Source of the DNA: Girardia tigrina
Taxonomy: Eukaryota
DNA length: 52,380 nt
Reading direction: 5' to 3'
Assembly: GCA_001938485.1 (NCBI GenBank)
Contig: MQRK01196200.1
Coordinates: 13,200-65,579 of the forward strand
The position numbers were made by a program, and so were the translations under genes. Under the pieces are notes generated by a model, which had not been told where the DNA came from, did no database searches, and saw only the letters and a list, made by a program, of their open reading frames with translations. How positions within the stretch are numbered: the first letter of the stretch is position 1; every line of letters begins with the position of its first letter. This document shows positions 48,295-52,380 of the stretch, in pieces.

Positions 48295-49284
48295 ATGAAT
48301 GAATATTGGGAGAATCTAAAGAGTAAATTAACTAAAGCAGTCGAATTACAAAAGAAAAAGATCAACAATGCGAAAGAAAAAACAGTAAATAGTAACAAAA
48401 ATCTAAAAAGAAAACATTCACAATCGATCACAATATCGAATCAAAGTTCATGCAGCAACAATAAAGAAAATAAAAGTAAAAATGATCGCGATCCTTCATT
48501 CGATATACCAAATAAGAAGATAAAACTTGATAACAACTCAGATGGTCTAAAAATTATATTAAAGAGAAACAATTTGGACAAAAATTCTTGGTTTATTTAT
48601 TCATCATCAAAACTCGAAAATAATACTCAAATTAGTCCTCATTCTTCAAACAACAAAGAGATCATCGAACAGAAAATCGATCTTAAAACAAGCCTCTCTC
48701 AGATCCAAAAACACAATTTATCAAAAAACGAAATACCGACAACCTCTTCACAAGAACCCTATCAAACTATAAATGAATCTATAATTAAATGTCCAATTTG
48801 TTTAGAATCGATTTCCAAAGACATCGCAATTATACAAAATTGTAAACACGAATTCTGTGAGACTTGTATTAAAGAATGGCTCGCTCATCAAACCACATGT
48901 CCTATGGATAGAACTATTCCAACACAAGTTATCATTTATAAAGACTTGAATAAAAAGATAACTAAAGAAATTATTAAAAATCCAAAACAATTGAAACAAA
49001 CAATTGATGAATATGAAGAAACGAATGTTTTATATCTGAATGATGAAGATTATATAAATGCAGAAATAGAAATTGAAGAAGATCCTAATGATGAAGAATA
49101 CGTTGTTGAAAGTGAAGAAGAAAGTGAAGTTGAAAGTGGAGATGAAAGTGGAGATGAAAGCGAAGTGGAGATTGTAATTCCAACTCGAAAAAGCAAAAGA
49201 AATCAAATAAATCACAATTTGAACGAGAACGTCCGTGCTTGTAGATTTAATTTAAGAAGTCGTTCTAATATTAATTATTTATAA
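48295..49284 (+). CDS. Single-exon RING-finger protein (PHRF1/SCAF11-like C3HC3D RING) with a basic N-terminus and acidic tail
   Basis: Open 329 aa; CPICLESI....IIQNCKHEFCETCIKEW....TTCPMDR; NLS-like LKRKH and NKKIK; AATAAA at ~49327. Confidence 0.75.
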   Translation: MNEYWENLKSKLTKAVELQKKKINNAKEKTVNSNKNLKRKHSQSITISNQSSCSNNKENKSKNDRDPSFDIPNKKIKLDNNSDGLKIILKRNNLDKNSWFIYSSSKLENNTQISPHSSNNKEIIEQKIDLKTSLSQIQKHNLSKNEIPTTSSQEPYQTINESIIKCPICLESISKDIAIIQNCKHEFCETCIKEWLAHQTTCPMDRTIPTQVIIYKDLNKKITKEIIKNPKQLKQTIDEYEETNVLYLNDEDYINAEIEIEEDPNDEEYVVESEEESEVESGDESGDESEVEIVIPTRKSKRNQINHNLNENVRACRFNLRSRSNINYL

Positions 49285-50139
49285 TTCAAAACATTTATCT
49301 TTAAAGTTACATTGTTCTACTGTTAAAATAAAATCAAATTAAAATTTATAATAATAATTATTGGAATTATTTTCCTATTATAAACTATAACCATATAAAA
49401 GATACTCAAAATAAAATATCAAAAGTACAAAATTTTAAATTATTTTTATTATATTTTAGTCATTTTTTTATTTTTGATTTCAATCTTAAGCAACAAATGT
49501 TATTTTTATAGACTTTATGAAATTTAAAATAAATCATTAAAAATATATTTTATAAGTATTTAATAAAGTTTTATATCCATGCTAATATTTATAAATAAAA
49601 CATGTTTTAAAATTCTGAAAAAAAACTTTTATTAGTATAATAAAAACTTTTTATTTTAAGTGTAAAACTNNNNNNNNNNNNNNNNNNNNNNNNNNNNNNN
49701 NNNNNNNNNNNNNNNNNNNNNNNNNNNNNNNNNNNNNNNNNNNNNNNNNNNNNNNNNNNNNNNNNNNNNNNNNNNNNNNNNNNNNNNNNNNNNNNNNNAG
49801 TTAAGAAAGTAAAATGTACTTCTTGTTTTTAAAATAATATCCAAATTATACAAATTATTCATTAAATACATCTGGTTTTTGCTTTTTTTCTAACACCATC
49901 CAAAATCATACCTAACAAGAGATAGTTATCGATTGACTTTTATGATTATATAGTTGATAAAGAAAATGATGAAAAAGTACTTAAAAAAGAATATTTGCTT
50001 CAAAGCTTGCACCTTCCATCATTCATAACGGGGAAATATTTTATAGAAAAATATTAATTTCATTAATCTTAATTATAGTCAAACGTTCTTATGATATTTT
50101 TAATTGCTTGTCTTGTTCATTTATCAAAATTGATATAAT

Positions 50140-50398
50140 GTCGATGCAACACTAATGGGAAAAGTCAGTAATATCTTTAGTAATTCATTTCATAACAAAT
50201 ATATATATCTACATCACAGTTTTTTAAGGTTTGTTCAACTGTTTCTGGAATTTTTAAATCTTCCAAAGATATCCATTTCTTTTTCCATAGATTTATTTCT
50301 GCAAGTAATGATTGTTCAATGTCATATTCTCCTCTTGTTATTAAAGTTTTGCATAAATTATTTACCTTCAATATCATTACATCTTCATTAATGTGTAC
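50140..50398 (-). mobile_element. hAT transposase C-terminal (dimerisation) remnant, probably continued at ~52060-52300 beyond the Tc1
   Basis: LLAEINLWKKKW...PETVEQTL..CDVDIY..KILLTFPISVAS. Confidence 0.65.
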
Positions 50399-50400
50399 TA

Positions 50401-52058
50401 CAGTGCGCGCCAATTTATTAGTTCCATCTACAATTTTTTACATTTTTGGGCAAACTCTTTGCAAATAATGACACGCTCCCAAACAAATGAATATATAATA
50501 TATTTAATTGATAACATAATTACAGACATAAGAAATAAAAGCATACAAATAACAATGTAGAAAAAAAAACAAATAGTTCATTTTTTGTAATTTAGAAAAT
50601 TAGTATTTTGTTGGGCCTCCTTTTGCTTTGATAACTGCTTCGACTCTATTGGGCATTGAATTGGCCAAACTAATCAATGTTTATTGAACTGATGCGTCAT
50701 GGTTCCAAAAATGTAAAATTCTTTCAATTAATTCTTGTTTTGATGTTATCGTCTCCTCCTTAAGCTTTCTTTTGATGATACCCCAAAGATTTTCGATGGG
50801 GTTGAGGTCATGACTATTCCCACCCATGGAAGTAACTGAATATTGTTGTCTTCAATAAATTTGGCAACAATATTAGATGTGTTGCATGGTGCTTTGTCCT
50901 GAAGTACCATTGTCAGGGTACCACTCACGCATTTGGGGCACCAGACAGTTATTCAAAACGTCAACATACTTAGTGGCAGTCATCATTCACTCACAAATAT
51001 GAAGACGACCTACCCCCTTTGCACTAAAGCAGCCCCACACCATCACTTTTGTTGGATGGCGTTGAACTTGATGTGCTGGAGCAGGTTGATGGGGCAGTTT
51101 CCACACTGTATGACCACCAGAAGTCCCACAATTGAAAATCGATTCATCTGTGAAAACAACCTGTTATGAAAGAAATATTAAAATGATGTGAATACACAAA
51201 AAATCCCACAAATATGATGTATTTAATGAATAAAAAATAATTTTAACCTTTCCCAATCCTCTGCTGTTCAGTGTCTGTGACTTCTTGCCCATTCCAATCT
51301 TTGTTTCTTCATCCGGGCAGTCAACACAGGTACCCGCCTCGCTTTGACTGACCTGCAGCCTAATTCTTTCAATCTGCGTTGAGTTGTCCTCAAAGATAAT
51401 TTTGTTCCGGCTGTCTGTAGAGCTGATTTGACATCTTTTGCCTTCGCAGTTAGGTTTTTTGATATCACCCGCATCATAGCTCTCTCATCAGCACTGGTAG
51501 TCAACTTCTTCTTTCCACAGTGACCAATTCTATGGGACTGAATAGGGGCATTTTTGCAACGCTGCACTGTTGTATGGCTTACATCAACTAAAGCTGCAAC
51601 TTCTCGAATACTTTGCTGGCCTCCATCAAGTAGCATCTTAATTTGTGCTTTCTTATTGCTGTTAATGTCTCCCTTTCTTCCAATTATTGATGAATTTACT
51701 CAGTGTGACCTTGAATCAATGAATAATGATTTTTTCCATTAAGTTGCTTTATATGATAGCTAAATGCTTTTTCAGTGATCATTCTACACTTATTGGTCAT
51801 TTGAATAACTTGTTAACACTTTGTTAAACATAAAAAAACATATGTTCGTTTCATGTACACACACATGAATGCTATATTTTCTACAAACATACTCACATTC
51901 GTGTATGTATATGAGAAAATGCATTATTTTACCAAACTAATGTCAAACCACTTAACATACATAATATTAGTCATCAATCCCATATAAGCACACCATAAAC
52001 AAATGATAACGATGTTTACAAAAAATAGCCAGTGGAACTAATAAATTGACGCGAACGT
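50401..52058 (-). mobile_element. Full-length Tc1 transposon with TIRs and TA TSD; intron-containing transposase pseudogene
   Basis: TA-CAGTGCGCGCCAATTTATTAGTTCCA ... TGGAACTAATAAATTGACGCGAACGT-TA; HTH region, RLEWA..H, VFTDES, LQDKAPC, DLNPIENLW; GT..CAG intron at ~51161-51247. Confidence 0.92.
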
Positions 52059-52380
52059 TAATTAATTTAATTTTTAACCAATGAAATTTGGAAAAAATAT
52101 TTTAACAATTTATGTAAATCTCCATTCGCTCGGATAATAAGATAAAAGTTATTAATTAAATGCAATTGTACGAAAGTTTTGGCAAAGATTATCAAGTTAT
52201 TTCAGTGTTCTTAATAAGTCAAATTGAAATTTGAAAAGTCAAGCAATTACGAAATTTGTTAATTGTTAGAAGACAAACAATCGGTACTAAAATATATTTA
52301 AATAAACTAAATCACAAACACACATACATCAGTTATATACAGAATAAATGGAGAGTCAAAGGTTAACTCTGTTCTCGACC

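Overview
Very AT-rich eukaryotic scaffold with N gaps, almost certainly from an invertebrate animal (animal-type PAICS, Golgi alpha-mannosidase II, PP1, F-type lectin; a Dtmar1-like mariner hints at a flatworm but is not diagnostic). The window is a dense nested transposon graveyard: Ty3/gypsy (including a CsRn1/Kabuki-type element), BEL/Pao, Penelope, three mariners, Tc1, piggyBac, several hATs, Helitron/Helentron-type non-autonomous elements and a Polinton/adintovirus-type PolB. The only long open host-type ORFs are single-exon: two inverted FIP1-like paralogues and a PHRF1/SCAF11-like RING gene, plus one F-type lectin exon. Most notable: (1) a helically phased array of about 13 RFX X-box motifs with intercalated CCAAT/Y-boxes (39875-40266) just downstream of a retrotransposon PBS; (2) that element's 5' LTR+PBS+leader is inverted relative to gag-pol, the topology of an autointegration or inversion product; (3) a same-strand chain of intron-less 5'-end fragments of unrelated host mRNAs (GT32, a secreted protein, PP1, PAICS) and a TG..CA element with a 5-bp TSD that carries alpha-mannosidase II cDNA; (4) a FIP1 paralogue bracketed by Helitron termini and a nested fold-back palindrome. 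All calls are from reading the sequence by eye; no database searches were run.
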